From positions 434,001 through 498,000 of the forward strand of contig NW_027191464.1 of the NCBI RefSeq assembly GCF_011745625.1: a DNA stretch of 64,000 bases, given 5' to 3'. The position numbers and the translations under genes were made by a program. Positions 1 through 12,616 of this stretch are shown here, one piece after another. The stretch comes from Cladosporium halotolerans. Taxonomy: Eukaryota. How positions within the stretch are numbered: position 1 is the stretch's first letter; each line of letters starts with the position of its first letter. Below the pieces are notes generated by a model. It was not told the origin of the DNA, did no database searches, and saw only the letters and a list, made by a program, of their open reading frames with translations.

Positions 1-480
1 GTTGGTGAACTTTACCCAACCCGCTACAGAGCCACTGCCATGGGTCTCGCTACGGCCTCGAACTGGACATGGAACTTCCTTATCTCCTTCTTTACGCCCT
101 TCATCACCGGTGCGATTGACTATCGCTATGGCTACGTTTTCGCGGCCTGCAACTTTCTTGGCGCAGTGGTTGTCTACTTCTTCCTATGCGAAACCCGCGG
201 CCGCAGTCTGGAGGAGATCGACACCATGTACATCCTCCACGTGTCGCCGCGAAAGAGCACCAACTGGGTTCCGCCCCAGGGCGAGGACCTCGTCACCGCC
301 GACGCATTACACTTGGCTCCTGGCGCGAGGAACATTCGCAAAGCCGACGCCGCAGGTATGGAGGGTGAACAGCGCATTGACTCTATTCCGGCGCCGACTG
401 CGCAGCACGGCATCCATGATGTCTCCGGTACCGACTACGCGGCGGAGTCGGGTGGTGTGCGCGGACAGTCTGTTTATTAG
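1..480 (+). CDS. MFS hexose/sugar transporter, C-terminal part (5' end outside window)
   Basis: Frame 1 is open from base 1: VGELYPTRYRATAMGLATASNWTWNFLISFFTPFI...ETRGRSLEEID. These are the E-x-YP-x-x-x-R and PETKG-like sugar-porter motifs. Confidence 0.93.
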   Translation, partial: VGELYPTRYRATAMGLATASNWTWNFLISFFTPFITGAIDYRYGYVFAACNFLGAVVVYFFLCETRGRSLEEIDTMYILHVSPRKSTNWVPPQGEDLVTADALHLAPGARNIRKADAAGMEGEQRIDSIPAPTAQHGIHDVSGTDYAAESGGVRGQSVY

Positions 481-1273
481 TGATGCGATTTAGAAGACGA
501 TGATACCATGGTTTGTGAGGCATAGATAATCTTTCGTTTTCTATTAGTTCTTACGGAGTGAATTCAGCATTTCATACCGCCTCTTAAACCTTCTTCGATG
601 TGTTGTATTAGTAATCGTCTGCAAACTAAGATTGCTGAGCATCAAATTCCAGACTTCAATTTGCGTGAAGCATTGCTCCCATGAATCCAAAGACATTGGA
701 TATTGGCACACGTGGTTGGCCGATGATCCGACGCCACGGCTTGCAGATCGGTCGTCATCAACGTCTGACGTCCGATCTTCAAGACAGCGATCGTCTTTGC
801 GCATCAAGAGCCGCAAAACGATTGCTTCGCTTCTTCCATCAAACGTTCTTCATGTTTTCAATCTCGCGTCTGAGTCAAGAGTCATATGATATGGCATCCC
901 ACTCCATACCGCATCCGCCTGGGCCAAGACACGCAGCGCGCCAATACAATGTCATTTCTTATTGGTGCGGCCGATGAAATACCAGCCGCCCGCTCTCGGC
1001 TCTGCACGCCCTTCGCCTAGCGCGGGGCCATCCACCAGACAGATCTCGTCGATCAAAAGGGAAGAGTGGTTCGTGACTCTTCTTCTTTCGGGTTTGCTCG
1101 ACTTTCACTGACTGAAGAGCCTTCTCTCTCTGGCAATTTTGTGCATTTTGCTCATGTATCTGTATACCCTGTGCACTTCCACCACCATCGCATCTTCATA
1201 GCTTCTATATTCTCCTGTATTCATGACGCCACACCTGCTTCTCAAGTTGCACGCCAGAACCTGAGAACGTAGA

Positions 1274-2842
1274 ATGACCACGCCACCGCCGAAGTCGGAG
1301 CTCACGGCTGACAAAGCTCTATTGGCCAACTATTCAGAAGACCAGGCATCACCTACGGAATATCACATCGTATCAGGATCCAGAGGCAGATCGCAGAGCA
1401 CGAAGAAAGATGCCGCGGATCAATCGCAGAAACACCTTCGCGCCCCGTCGAGCCGGCCGGCGAGGCCGATGTCTCCGGATGCTTCATCAATCCTCTCAAC
1501 GGACGAGTACGAGCAATTAGCACCGCAACGATCGAGAAGCCAGCCTTCGCAAATCCACTCTTCAGCGGAGCGATCCGAGGAGCAGAGTGAAAGTTGGAGA
1601 TCACGCCTTCGAACGCTATGGACCCGCAACAAAGGCATCGCGTATATGCTGATGGCCCAGGTGTTCGGCGTTTTGATGAACGTCACGACTCGCCTTCTGG
1701 AAGTTGAAGGCAACAAAGGCAAGGGCCTGCATCCTTTTCAGATTCTCTTCGCGCGCATGGCTATCACCGTCGTCCTGGCTTCTGCTTGGATGTGGTACAA
1801 GAAGACGCCGGATTTTCGTTTAGGCAAGCCAGAGGTCCGTTGGCTCCTGGTTGCTCGTGGACTTTCGGGCTTCTTTGGCGTATGGGGAATGTATACGTCT
1901 TTACAGTATCTTCCTCTAGCTGACTGCACTGTCCTGACCTTTCTGGCGCCAGGTCTGGTGTGCTGGCTCTGTGCGGTTTTGCTGAAGGAGCCCTTTACCC
2001 GGCGGGAGCAAGTCGCCACGCTCATATCGTTCCTTGGGGTAGTCATGATTGCCCGTCCGACATCCTTGTTTTCCAAGTCCGGTGAGACCCCGCCAGCTTC
2101 AGGCCCAGGTGACGCGGAGCCAGGCGCAAAAGGCAAGCCTTCTTCTGGAGACGCGTCTGACTTTGACAACGTCACGCCGGAGGAACGTTTGTATGCGGTC
2201 AGCATAGCGCTGCTGGGTGTATGCGGAACTGTCATTGCATTTACCTCGATCAGATGGATAGGAAAGCGCGCTCACCCGCTCATATCGGTAAACTACTTCT
2301 CTGTGTGGTGCACTATCGTGTCTTTCGTCATGCAACTCGCGCTTCCAGGCGTAGGGTTTCTCCTTCCGGCTGATCTGAAAGAATGGAGCTATTTGGTCTT
2401 CCTGGGCATCTGCGGCTTCATCATGGTAAGTGTTTTCTCTGATGACGTTGGCTGCCAGTGGTGTCCGCCAGTACTTACCAGTGATCTGCAGCAATTCCTC
2501 CTCGCCGCCGGCCTCGCCTATGAGAAGTCTTCCCGCGCGACCAACATGACCTACACGCAGATGCTCTTCGCTCTGACTTTCGACAAAATCATTTTTGGCC
2601 ATTCGCCAGGCTGGATGTCCATCATCGGATCGTCGCTGATCCTTGGTCCGGCGATTTTTGTGGCCATGCAGAAAAATGTTGACGAATCAAAGGAGGCTAA
2701 TGAAGGGAGCCAGGGGCCTGGGGATGAGGAGTCTCAGAGAGCTTTGCTCAGTGGCGAAGCTGCGGAGGAGAGACTTGATAGTGTGGAAGGAGATGGGATT
2801 AGGATGCCAGTACCGGAGGTGCAGATGAGGGCTTTGAGATGA
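1274..2842 (+). CDS. EamA/DMT-family membrane transporter
   Basis: Two hydrophobic EamA-type repeats (ARGLSGFFG...SLQYLPLADCT; Y.QMLFAL.FD.IIFG..P). Probable 66-nt intron at 2426-2491 (GTAAGT...CAG), in frame. Confidence 0.88.
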   Translation: MTTPPPKSELTADKALLANYSEDQASPTEYHIVSGSRGRSQSTKKDAADQSQKHLRAPSSRPARPMSPDASSILSTDEYEQLAPQRSRSQPSQIHSSAERSEEQSESWRSRLRTLWTRNKGIAYMLMAQVFGVLMNVTTRLLEVEGNKGKGLHPFQILFARMAITVVLASAWMWYKKTPDFRLGKPEVRWLLVARGLSGFFGVWGMYTSLQYLPLADCTVLTFLAPGLVCWLCAVLLKEPFTRREQVATLISFLGVVMIARPTSLFSKSGETPPASGPGDAEPGAKGKPSSGDASDFDNVTPEERLYAVSIALLGVCGTVIAFTSIRWIGKRAHPLISVNYFSVWCTIVSFVMQLALPGVGFLLPADLKEWSYLVFLGICGFIMVSVFSDDVGCQWCPPVLTSDLQQFLLAAGLAYEKSSRATNMTYTQMLFALTFDKIIFGHSPGWMSIIGSSLILGPAIFVAMQKNVDESKEANEGSQGPGDEESQRALLSGEAAEERLDSVEGDGIRMPVPEVQMRALR

Positions 2843-4212
2843 TTTTGCATATAGGGTTTCTTCACAGCGTTCTGTAACTTGGTTTGATCAGTCGATATAG
2901 AGGTTGTTTAGATATTTAGGAGAACATGAATTCCGCGAATTATGGTTGATACCCATCATTTACCTCGCACAGATGACTAAGGCATTGGTATAAAAGCGCA
3001 CACGCAGAGAATGATAGTGCGAATTATGCCGCAGTAGTCCAAGATCTCGCTCTCGTTGTGCCGGCTCTCGTCGTGAAAGGAACGGCGCCAAGGAATCCCA
3101 GAATCTAAGATGCTGATATCCGACATTGGCTATGTTTGCAAAACAAGAAAATCACGAGAAGAGCTCGGACCTTTCACATGCTAGGGGATGAAGTGAAGTA
3201 AATCCCTGGACTGGCGCCTTAAGTCCCGGACTTAGATGGAGAGGAAGAAGGAAACTCGAATGAAAATTCCAAAGGAACAACGTGAGCGCTCAATGGTGTT
3301 TCTAAAGCCTCGAATCTGGAGCACATCAACCGATGAGGGCTCGGAAACCAGATCGCCTGCGTTGCGCCTCCGGAGTTGCCAAGCAGCTTACCATCGCGGT
3401 GGGCGAAACAATACTTCTGCAGTACTACAGCCAAGGTAAGGCTTGCAGCATCGTAGCCTAGCATGCAGCACATAACATCGGACCCAGGTACCTACTTCTC
3501 AGCTCTCCATTCGTACGCAAAGACATGATCCAGCCGTCAGCTTCAAAAAGGCGAGATCATATTGCTGAATTAAAGAGAAGCTCAAATCTTTCTTTCAGGT
3601 GAAGAAGCAATGAGTATCACTGCAAGCGAGAAGCTGGGTGCAGAGCCTCGTCGTTCCACATTCGCCGTTGCGCGGTCAGGCTTGCATGCTGGAATCCTGA
3701 TGCTATTGGGCAGCCTCCGATATCATAGGGTCTAAGAATAGTCAATCCCAATACGCCACTTGAGCTTCACGCAGATTCGATTCTGATACGCCTTCAGTTG
3801 TCCGAGGTGCGAGACCGGACATGCAACCCTCAGAAGCGAAGATGCGCGACGGGTGACCAATTCTGGCTGCTTTGCTACCAAGCGATCCCAATCAAATAAG
3901 TAGGCAGACCGTAGAAAACATTCCAGCCTTTTTTGAGCATTGGGGCTGGGCAACGCCGAGCTCATGTAACTCGGGCGCTGGTGTAAGGTTACCCGGTTGC
4001 TCTTTGTAGCTTCGAAGACGTGTGGTACGTAGCAGCGTGGCGCCCGTTCAACTTGAAGGACTTCGATGCGCAGCCTCGCTTACCACAGCCTTCTCTCTTA
4101 TGAACACCATCACCAACTAACAGCTCGTGGACTGGGTCATGTCGCTGGCCAGACTTGTGGTTCCGTAGCACAGATGATATCCTCACAATTTCTTCCACGA
4201 TTTCCTCCATCC

Positions 4213-5188
4213 ATGGTCTCCTTGAAAGCCCTCTGGCTATGTGCCATTATCCTGAGCAAAGCCCTTTGCCAACCGGCACAGGACTACTGGACTTTCCCAC
4301 AGGCTCTTTCTGCTGTCACTCTAGGTCGGAACTTCACTGTGAGATGGGAACCCAGCATTCGCGAGGTGTTCAGCACATACTGTCCTCCTTGCGATACATC
4401 TCTCGTCGACTTATGGGTGCAGACTGGCCATAATACGAACAATCAGTATCCGATCGCCGGTATTTAACCCCTGTATTAGGTGCAGAATGTCAGCTTACGG
4501 GCTTCTAGACAACGTCAACCTCAAAACGACATCGAATCTCACATGGCCGGTCGGAATACCATCTCAAGATCTGCGTCGCGACGGAGAGTGGATTCTCCGT
4601 TTCGTCCCAAACGGAACTTTCTCCGCATACATACAGGAGGAGGGGAAGAATGTCCCTTCTCCGTTGTTCTACGTTCTCCCTTCTGACGGTACGACGACTT
4701 CTGCCTCAGCTTCAGAACCCACGAGCTCACCCGATGGCGCACCTGATACTGCGCCCAGGTCGTCGACTACATCCACGTCTACAATTTCCGACAACACACC
4801 AACGCCTACGCCCTCCGCGGATGAGGTGTCGAATGCTCTTAGTACTGGGGCAAAAGCAGGAATCGGAGTAGGTATAGGCGTGGGCGTTGTGCTCTCTGTT
4901 GCGGCATTGCTGTTCTTCTTGATAGCCAGAAGAAAAGGACAGCATTCCTACGGGTGGTTTGGAAGGAGCAACCATCCTGCTGATCAGGATGGATTGCCCG
5001 TGGACCACAAAGTAGACGAAAATGCCTCGGAAGGAAACTTCACAGGCGTGCCGCCTGCCTCTTCGATGTTGCCAGAGCTACGAGGCCAAGAACTGTCACA
5101 AGAGCCACAGAAACATGAACTTCCATCGGAGTCGCAGACACATGAGTTGGAGGGGAACCGTCGTCTCGCATCCGAACTGGACAGCTAG
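4213..5188 (+). CDS. Single-pass cell-surface protein (signal peptide, Ser/Thr-rich stalk, Mid2-like TM helix)
   Basis: Signal peptide MVSLKALWLCAIILSKALC. Intron 4460-4508 (GTATTT...TAG) joins the two ORFs in frame. TM segment LSTGAKAGIGVGIGVGVVLSVAALLFFLIARRK, followed by cytoplasmic ELP/ELE motifs. Confidence 0.8.
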
Positions 5189-5721
5189 CCTCTGCGGTGA
5201 TCTCGTCGGTGCAACGCTTGGAGGCGAGAATCTCGAGTACATAAGGCAGGCGTCCAAGGGATAAGTGTGTTCGTAATCGAGTCTCGATATTGTTGATGAG
5301 CATGATGGGAATACGAGCCCTAGAAGGCAGCCCGCAAAGAATTCAAATGGTCTTTCTTCACATTATCTGCTTGTGTCAGATCGCGTCGTGACGAATATCC
5401 AGAAGACACTTCATAGTGTGCGCCTGGCGAATCTCGGTCTCTGGCCGCAGGCAATAAAGGCCGTCCAGAGGCTCGCTGTTATCGATAAATGCCTGAGGCA
5501 ACAAAGTCCCTCACTAGCTGACCTCATCGCCGCCTGTTAAAGCCGCCCGCGGCGCTAGCGACCACATTCACCTACACTGTGGCCTTTCAGCACCCAAACC
5601 TTCTGCGCCACGTTCTTTCAATCCTAGGGGATCGGGGCTTGCAACTAACTCGATCAAAGTGTAAATCCCGAGTATCCCGCTCTTACAGCTTCGATACGCT
5701 TGCCAAAGAGGTCAATCCAAG

Positions 5722-8700
5722 ATGGCGGACTCATCGATGTCTGATGCGGACAAGGTATATTACCTTTCGCGCGACTGATCGCCTAGATATGCTGACACTT
5801 CCAAGATCCGTGCGAAACGTCTAGCGAAATTAGGAGGGCCTGCGAGCACAGTACCTAGTCAGTCACCTGGTGCACCAACACAGTCTGAACCCTCCGGGTC
5901 CGACCAACCTCCTACCAGTTCGCCACAAGGGCAGCAGACACCCCAGCCGGCCACGCCGTCAGCAAATGGAGGCAACACTACAACACAAGAGAAGAAGCCT
6001 AGCACTCCTAAGATTAATGTACAGCCTCGCCCAGCTTCCCCAGCCAAGCGCGAAAGAGATGGTTCTCAGAAACCCAGGCCAGCAGTTGAGAAGGCGCCGG
6101 AGAGCTTGGAGACATGGCAGGATAAAATGCTGCGCCAGGTCTTCAGGGTGACACTGAAGCCGGAAGAGCTTAGGGATTTGCAGGGACACCCGTTGATTCA
6201 CCTTGCGAGCACGCGAGACGACCTGGAGGAGCAGTCTGCGCCTTTGCTCTTGAATGTCGAGGTCGTCGAGCCTGCGATTACGGAAGCGGCATCAAAGGCG
6301 CCTGCTGGGAAACCTTTCAAATATCTGCTGGGTTCATTCAAGCGAGTCTCGCGCACTATCCGACAAACGAAGTATTCTGGCCCCGAAGATCCGAAGCACA
6401 CCATTCTCAGCGAAACCAGGCGATTATGCATGAGCTATTGCGTTTTCGCAATCACGATGCCGGAAATGTTCGGCGAAGGCGTACCATCTGGCAACCCGCT
6501 TGTCGATCACATGCTGAACGACCCCGAGTCGGACGCTGGCATCTGTTACGATTTCCTCACGGAGGCAAGCTCGAGGTTTGAAGAGGACGAGAGCATCAAA
6601 GAGGCCATGGTTGGAGCAGTGGAAGAGCTCAGCTCGAGGTTATCCGTGAAGAGCATGCTGGGCGAGGAGAGAGTCTTCGTGAATGCACTGCGGAACTTCT
6701 TACGATTCCCCAAGCTCGCTGATGCGATTTCGCAATCTCCGATGTTCTTGCCTGCAGACATTGCGCCGCAAGACATTGAAACGAAGACGCTACTCGGTCC
6801 ATTCTTCCGCCTGTCGCCGATGCAGCAGGAGGTCGCGAACAACTACTTCTCAGCACCAAAGACAAGAGACCGAGGTTTCATCGCAAATGCGCAGAACGCG
6901 ATCCGCATGACCCTTAGAACGCACCAGGGCGATCTTTTCCAGATTGCCGATGCTATCATCCGTGCTGGCCCTGCGCCCAGGGGCAGGATTTTGGACTGGT
7001 TTGCCACCTGTGTGAACAAGAACCACAAGAAGCGCGCTATGCGTGTAGATTTCAAGACAGTCTCCAGCGACGGCTTTATGGTCAACGTTACCAACATTCT
7101 TGACCAGCTTTGCGATCCTTTCATGGATGCTCGATTCGGCAAGATTGAACGCATCGACATCGACTACCTGCGTCGCAATCCCCGTGTTGACATCTCCGAC
7201 GAGACAAAGATCAATGCAGATCAGAAGACCGCGGACGACTTCTATGGCCACGAGGTCGCAGGTACGAACAACTTCATTTCTGAACTTTTCTTCCTGACTG
7301 TTGCCTCGCATCACTATGGCGCCGAGGCTGCCCAAACGCGGATGTCAACTCTGTCCAAGACAGCCAAGCGCATGGAGAAGGACTTGCAGGCGTTCGAGGC
7401 GGATAGGCATAAGTACGCCAACGATCCTCGATACTTGGCTCGCTTTGATGAACACGTTAATCGCATCAAGAGGACGATCGACGAAACCTGGTCCACCATT
7501 CACGCCACAACCGGCGTTTTGCTGGATGACCTCAGTCAGGCTCGGTCGATGCAATTCATGCGTTACGTTATAGTATGGCTTCTGCGGCTTGCATCGAAAC
7601 AGAATGTTCCCCAGGAGCAGCTCAACTTGCCATTATCTTCGGAGCAGCCAGACGTTTTCACTGTACTTCCTGAGTACTTCCTGGAAGACATCGTTGACAA
7701 CTTCAAGTTCATCACCCAGAACATCCCTCACATCATCACTCCTCAGCAGTGCGATGAAATCATCCAGATTTGCATCACTTTCCTGCGCAATACCGAGTAT
7801 GTCAAGAACCCTGGTGTAAAGTCCGGTCTCGTTACCATTTTGTTCTTCGGCGTGCAGCCCTTCCATCATCACTCGAAGGGTGTGCTTGGCGACCTCCTCA
7901 TGGGGTCACCTTTCGCTCACAAGCATTTGCTCCACGGCCTGATGAGGTTCTACATCGAAGCAGAGTCCACCGGCCTTTCTTCGCAGTTTTACGACAAGTT
8001 CAACATCCGCTATGAAATCTTCCAGGTCATCAAGGCGATCTGGCCGAACACCATGTACCGCGACAACCTCCGCAAGGAAGCCCGTGTCGATACAGACTTC
8101 TTCGTGCAATTCGTCAACATGATCATCAACGATGCAACTTTCGTCCTTGACGAATTGCTCGGTGCTTTTGCAAAGATTCACGATTTGTCGAAGGAGCTCG
8201 AAGGTTGGCCAGAGAGTGATGATGAGCAGAGGAAAGAGAAGGTGGATCTTCTCGAGGACAGCAAGGGTAAAGCCAAAAGCTACATGCAGCTTACCCGCGA
8301 GTCCATGGCCACCCTCATCCTCTTCACGGAAGCTCTCTCTGGTGCCTTCACGATGCCTGAGATCGTCCAGAGATTGGCGGACATGCTTGACTACAACCTT
8401 TGGACCATGGTTGGGCCGAAGAGCAGCAACCTGAAGGTCAAAGAGCCGGAACAGTACGGCTGGAACCCTCGCCAGCTGCTGATGGATATCATGACCGTCT
8501 TCATCAACCTCTCCGGCGAACCGACTTTTGTCCAGGCTATTGCCCGTGACGGCCGCAGCTACAAGCCCGAGAACTTCGACAAGGCTGTAGAAATTTCTCA
8601 GCGCTCCGCTCTCATGTCGCCCGAGCAGTTGCGCGTCTGGAAGGAGCTTGGTGACCGTGTAGCGGAATCCAAGGCGGCTGAGGAAGAGGAGGAAGAGGAT

Positions 8701-8967
8701 CTCGGCGAGATCCCTGACGAGTTCCTCGACCCTCTGCTCGCGGATCTGATGGAGGATCCTGTCATCCTGCCCACAAGCAAGAACACTGTCGACCGGTCTA
8801 CCATTCGCGGACACTTACTCAGTGTTCCTCATGACCCCTTCAACCGTATGCCGCTGAAAATCGAGGACGTTATTCCCAACACCGAGCTGAAGGCGCAGAT
8901 CGAGGCGTGGAAGGCTGAGAGGAAGGCTGCCAGAGCTGCGGAGAAAATGGACACCAGTTCTGGATAA
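5722..8967 (+). CDS. UFD2: Ubiquitin conjugation factor E4 (Ufd2 core + U-box)
   Basis: Exon 1 MADSSMSDADK, intron 5755-5805, then IRAKRLAKLG. Contains QFYDKFNIRYEI and the C-terminal U-box IPDEFLDPL..LMEDPVILP. Confidence 0.96.
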
Positions 8968-9167
8968 GTAGCGTGCATGGAAACGGTGGCAACGGAGCTT
9001 GACAGGCTCAGGCCCTTGTAGGTTTGATTTTGCTTTTCCTATTCTCATGATGAGCGTCTAAGCCACCCAATAAGCGATCGGCTCTCTATTGGCGTTTGAT
9101 AGATCATGAATCCCAATACACTGAAGACTTTCCGAATACCGCAGGTGCGGTGCCGATAGCCATCTTG

Positions 9168-9804
9168 TCACACGTCACTGAGCCAATGCTTGTTGAAAGA
9201 AGGCTTCTCCCTGCCGCTGTGATCTTCCTGGGTATAAATTCTGACTTGCGGTAAGCAGAGATCGCAAAACCTGAAGATACCCAGAACCAGCTTACCTGAT
9301 TCGCCTGCCATCCGGGTCCTACATCTCGAAGTCAGCATGTCCTTCTCCTAACGACCAATCCCAGATCCCACAACTCACCTCAAAAACAACCAACCAACCC
9401 CGCATCCCCGTCAACACCCCGGAGTGCTTCGTTCCACATAAATCCAACCACTTCATCCAAATGGCTAGATCATTCCTGCTCCGCACTACCATCGTGACGG
9501 CGTCCCAGTTGCGGTCGTCCAGCGCTCTGATTGCGTTCTCGCGCAATTCCAGACATAGTCCACCCCAGTCGGGCATCTCGCAAACGACGGCGAACCGCGT
9601 CCCGCTGCTGTCAAGGTGGTCGAGAGATGGAATGCGCGAGGCGCCGAGGACGCGCGAGTACCAGGCGAGGGAGAAGGAGAGGTTGGAGACGGCGAATTTG
9701 AGATGGTGGATGCCGAGGACTTTGGGGCGGGTTGTCTGGGGGTTGGACATGCTTGTTGAAGGGGTGGAGGTGGTGCTCGAGCTGATACGCTGGTTTGCGG
9801 CCAT
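9168..9804 (-). CDS. VOC (glyoxalase/bleomycin resistance/dioxygenase) family protein
   Basis: N-terminal motif GIHHLKFAVSNL..SLAWY.RVLG. Introns 9319-9378 and 9241-9295 restore the C-terminal FEDPDGRRIRIYT motif, with stop at 9168. The start could alternatively be the ATG at 9750. Confidence 0.85.
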
Positions 9805-11395
9805 GGATCATCGGTGAAAATCAGTGTGGCCTTGCGTGATGCTGTTGCTATTGCGGGACTTTTGCTCAGGTATATATCGCCGCATCCTCGCGGTGTGCTG
9901 CTTGTTCCACCAAGTTCTTCGTCCTTGCACGGGTCGAGCGGCACCGCGAGGCATCGAGGACATCTCGGCTCAAGAAGTGGCCACAGCCATCTATCGTCGA
10001 GTGGCGAAACCACATTCTGTTCGTCGCTCGGAATCCAGCGCATATTCCTCATGCCGACCGTGTGTAAGATAGTACAGAAAGTAGCTGAGTAAAGCCGCCC
10101 ACACCGATATCGCGGCCACCTCGATATCGGCTTATGTTACGGACGAAACGACGTTTTTCGTGCGAGAGTCGTTCCGCCAATCCCGAGTGTCCATTGCGCC
10201 AGATTGAAAGCTCGTCCTCCCGGTCTGGCAGTTTCGTGCTGTGAAGTCAGCAGTTTCGGTCTCCCGTCGCACCCGGTCAGGGCCGACGTGGCGTGGGAGG
10301 CTGACAAGACGAGACATCAGGTACGGGAGGCTCAGGTACCATCAGCACTGTAAAATTGGTCCAGCCAATGGAAAGTTGACTAGAAATCGAGCCTCGGTAT
10401 CTTCGTGGTGAGGTCAGTCGTGATAAGGCGCACTTCTCCCACTGGCGCAAATAGACGCCGCTACTCATTAGGGCTGAGAGCTGTTCTCGCGTAGTATTGC
10501 TGTGAAAGCTATGTGCTTTCACATACATCGGCTATTGCGGGTTCATGGTGTAACCTACACATTGGTGCGTATTGTAAGAAGCGGCTCAATGCGCCTTGTG
10601 CAGTGTGCCGAGACATGCAGACTTCACATCACCTCCCTCCATCATCGCGCTCATCCATCTACCATCATCAACCGTTACCTTGATTTCCCTCAGCATGCTA
10701 GCTATCATGTGCGACTGCCCCAAGAGAGCATGGCAGTGCAGGGTGGTCATTATTCCCGACTACTCGTATCTCGTATTTTGCGCCTTCCACTGTCTACCAA
10801 ACAGGACGCCTAAACCAAGCCACATCCCGCAAACTGATCAAAAAGAACACATGATCTGCATGCTCGCGCTAGTGTGACGATCAAAGAAAAGGCAAACTTC
10901 ATGCAATAGCTCACCGCGGCTAATCCTCCGAGCTTCGCATATAAGGTTTCAAACCATTGACAGCTATAGTAGCGGCCGTTGTGAATAGGCATGACGTGCG
11001 TCACGGAACGTCACAACTCCAATTATCACACGCAGATTGACACGCGAGGTGAAGTATGTCGATACACTTGCATTGAGTTCCGTTCGCGGTGTGATGGACG
11101 GAAGCTGCCTTACCCTTCGTCTCTCTCTCACCAATCGCTCTCGAAATCGAGATACGCGAGAAAGTATATGTCTGTCAACCTAGAACTCACATTTCCACAC
11201 CATTACCGTTGGATTGGTCGAAAGCTAGAACAGCGACCGAGGGACGATCGCTCAAAGAAACCGAGGCACGCCCGTTCATCACCCACGTATATCTTCAACC
11301 AAGTATCAAACAAACAACAACCTCCAATCCCTCCTACGCACCTACCAAACACCCACCAACCCAAACCCACCACCACACCACCACCACCACCAAAA

Positions 11396-11959
11396 ATGCA
11401 CCTCCCAACCCTGGCCACCACCCTCCTCCTCCCCTTCACCACCCTCGCCGCCTCCCTCCACCGCCGCACCATCCCCGCCTCGACCATAATCCAAGACATC
11501 GAGAACATCCACCAAGGCGTGCTGGCCAACACCGCCGCGACCGAAGCCTACGACGGCGGCAACCTGCTCACGACGCTCGTGACCGGCACGCCCGTGCTCG
11601 CGACCGTGGGCGCCATCCACGTCGCGAACAGGAAGGGCTTCGTCGACGCGAACCTGGCGCCGCAGTACGGCGAGGCGGACACGCGCGCGATCTTCGACAA
11701 GGTCGTCGACACGGTCGCCGTGTCGATCCCGGCGGCCGTGGAGGTGATCGTGGGGAAGAAGGAGGCGTTCGAGGACGCGGGGCTGGGCCCGGTGGTGCTG
11801 GCGAGTCTGAGGCTGTTGATTGATGATCACGATACTTTTAGTGCGGCGGTGACGGCGAAGAGTTTCATGGGCGATGCGGAGCTTACGGCGGAGGGGGAGA
11901 AGGCTGTGGATGATATTCACGATGCGATCCAGCGGGGGATTGATGCTTATTCTTCTTGA
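11396..11959 (+). CDS. Secreted HsbA-like (hydrophobic surface binding/cell-wall mannoprotein) protein
   Basis: Signal peptide MHLPTLATTLLLPFTTLAA plus RR site. The ~165-aa helical domain has KK.AF...GLG..VL.SL..L....D.FS.A and a terminal I..GI.AY. Strong C/G third-position bias. Confidence 0.7.
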   Translation: MHLPTLATTLLLPFTTLAASLHRRTIPASTIIQDIENIHQGVLANTAATEAYDGGNLLTTLVTGTPVLATVGAIHVANRKGFVDANLAPQYGEADTRAIFDKVVDTVAVSIPAAVEVIVGKKEAFEDAGLGPVVLASLRLLIDDHDTFSAAVTAKSFMGDAELTAEGEKAVDDIHDAIQRGIDAYSS

Positions 11960-12616
11960 GGGAAAGGGCGGTTGGGTGAGATTTAGGGCATTTTGACGGG
12001 GATTTCGAGATGGCGATGGAGGGGGGCGAGCCTGCGAAGGCGATGTATTCGTCGATTGCCTGTACCCTAAGGGCTAGACGACGGTACCATATATATGTGT
12101 AATTTCTTATGGGATTCAATTCCTTCGCTTGCGAATATGAACGTGATATCACGAGTAGGTGTCCTTCGAGTCATACTTGTATCACCACCCCAGCGTCAGG
12201 CCGGAATCCTGCACATTGGCAGGAAAGTCACATCTGAAGAAAGGCCAAACCGTTCCAGCAGCAGCGCAAACGGCTCGCGCCCAACGAAAAGTGTTCATAC
12301 AAACCGACCTCCCCTTCAATCTTTTTTCCACCTGCTATCCATCGGCGTCGGAAGCGCCAGTATATCTATCCCAAGCCATCATATATCTACGCTACACATG
12401 CCATTCATCCAAGACCGAAATAGGCAGCGAGCCCATGGCATGCCGCGTCACCTCGCCATGGAAATGCCAGAACCAAAACAAAACTAAAACATTAGATTCG
12501 ACCTCCTGTTTCTCCCTTCCATCCAATCCACCTCTTCCCCCAACCATCCAAACATTGAAGCGAAGCGATCAAGAAACGAGGATCCTGTTCCCTCCCCGCC
12601 CTCTCCGCGCACTCGC

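Noticed and set aside
2950..4100. Short ORFs possibly forming a pseudogene (similar case at 53300-54240)
   Set aside because: No recognisable protein motif in any frame, so it cannot be supported without BLASTX.
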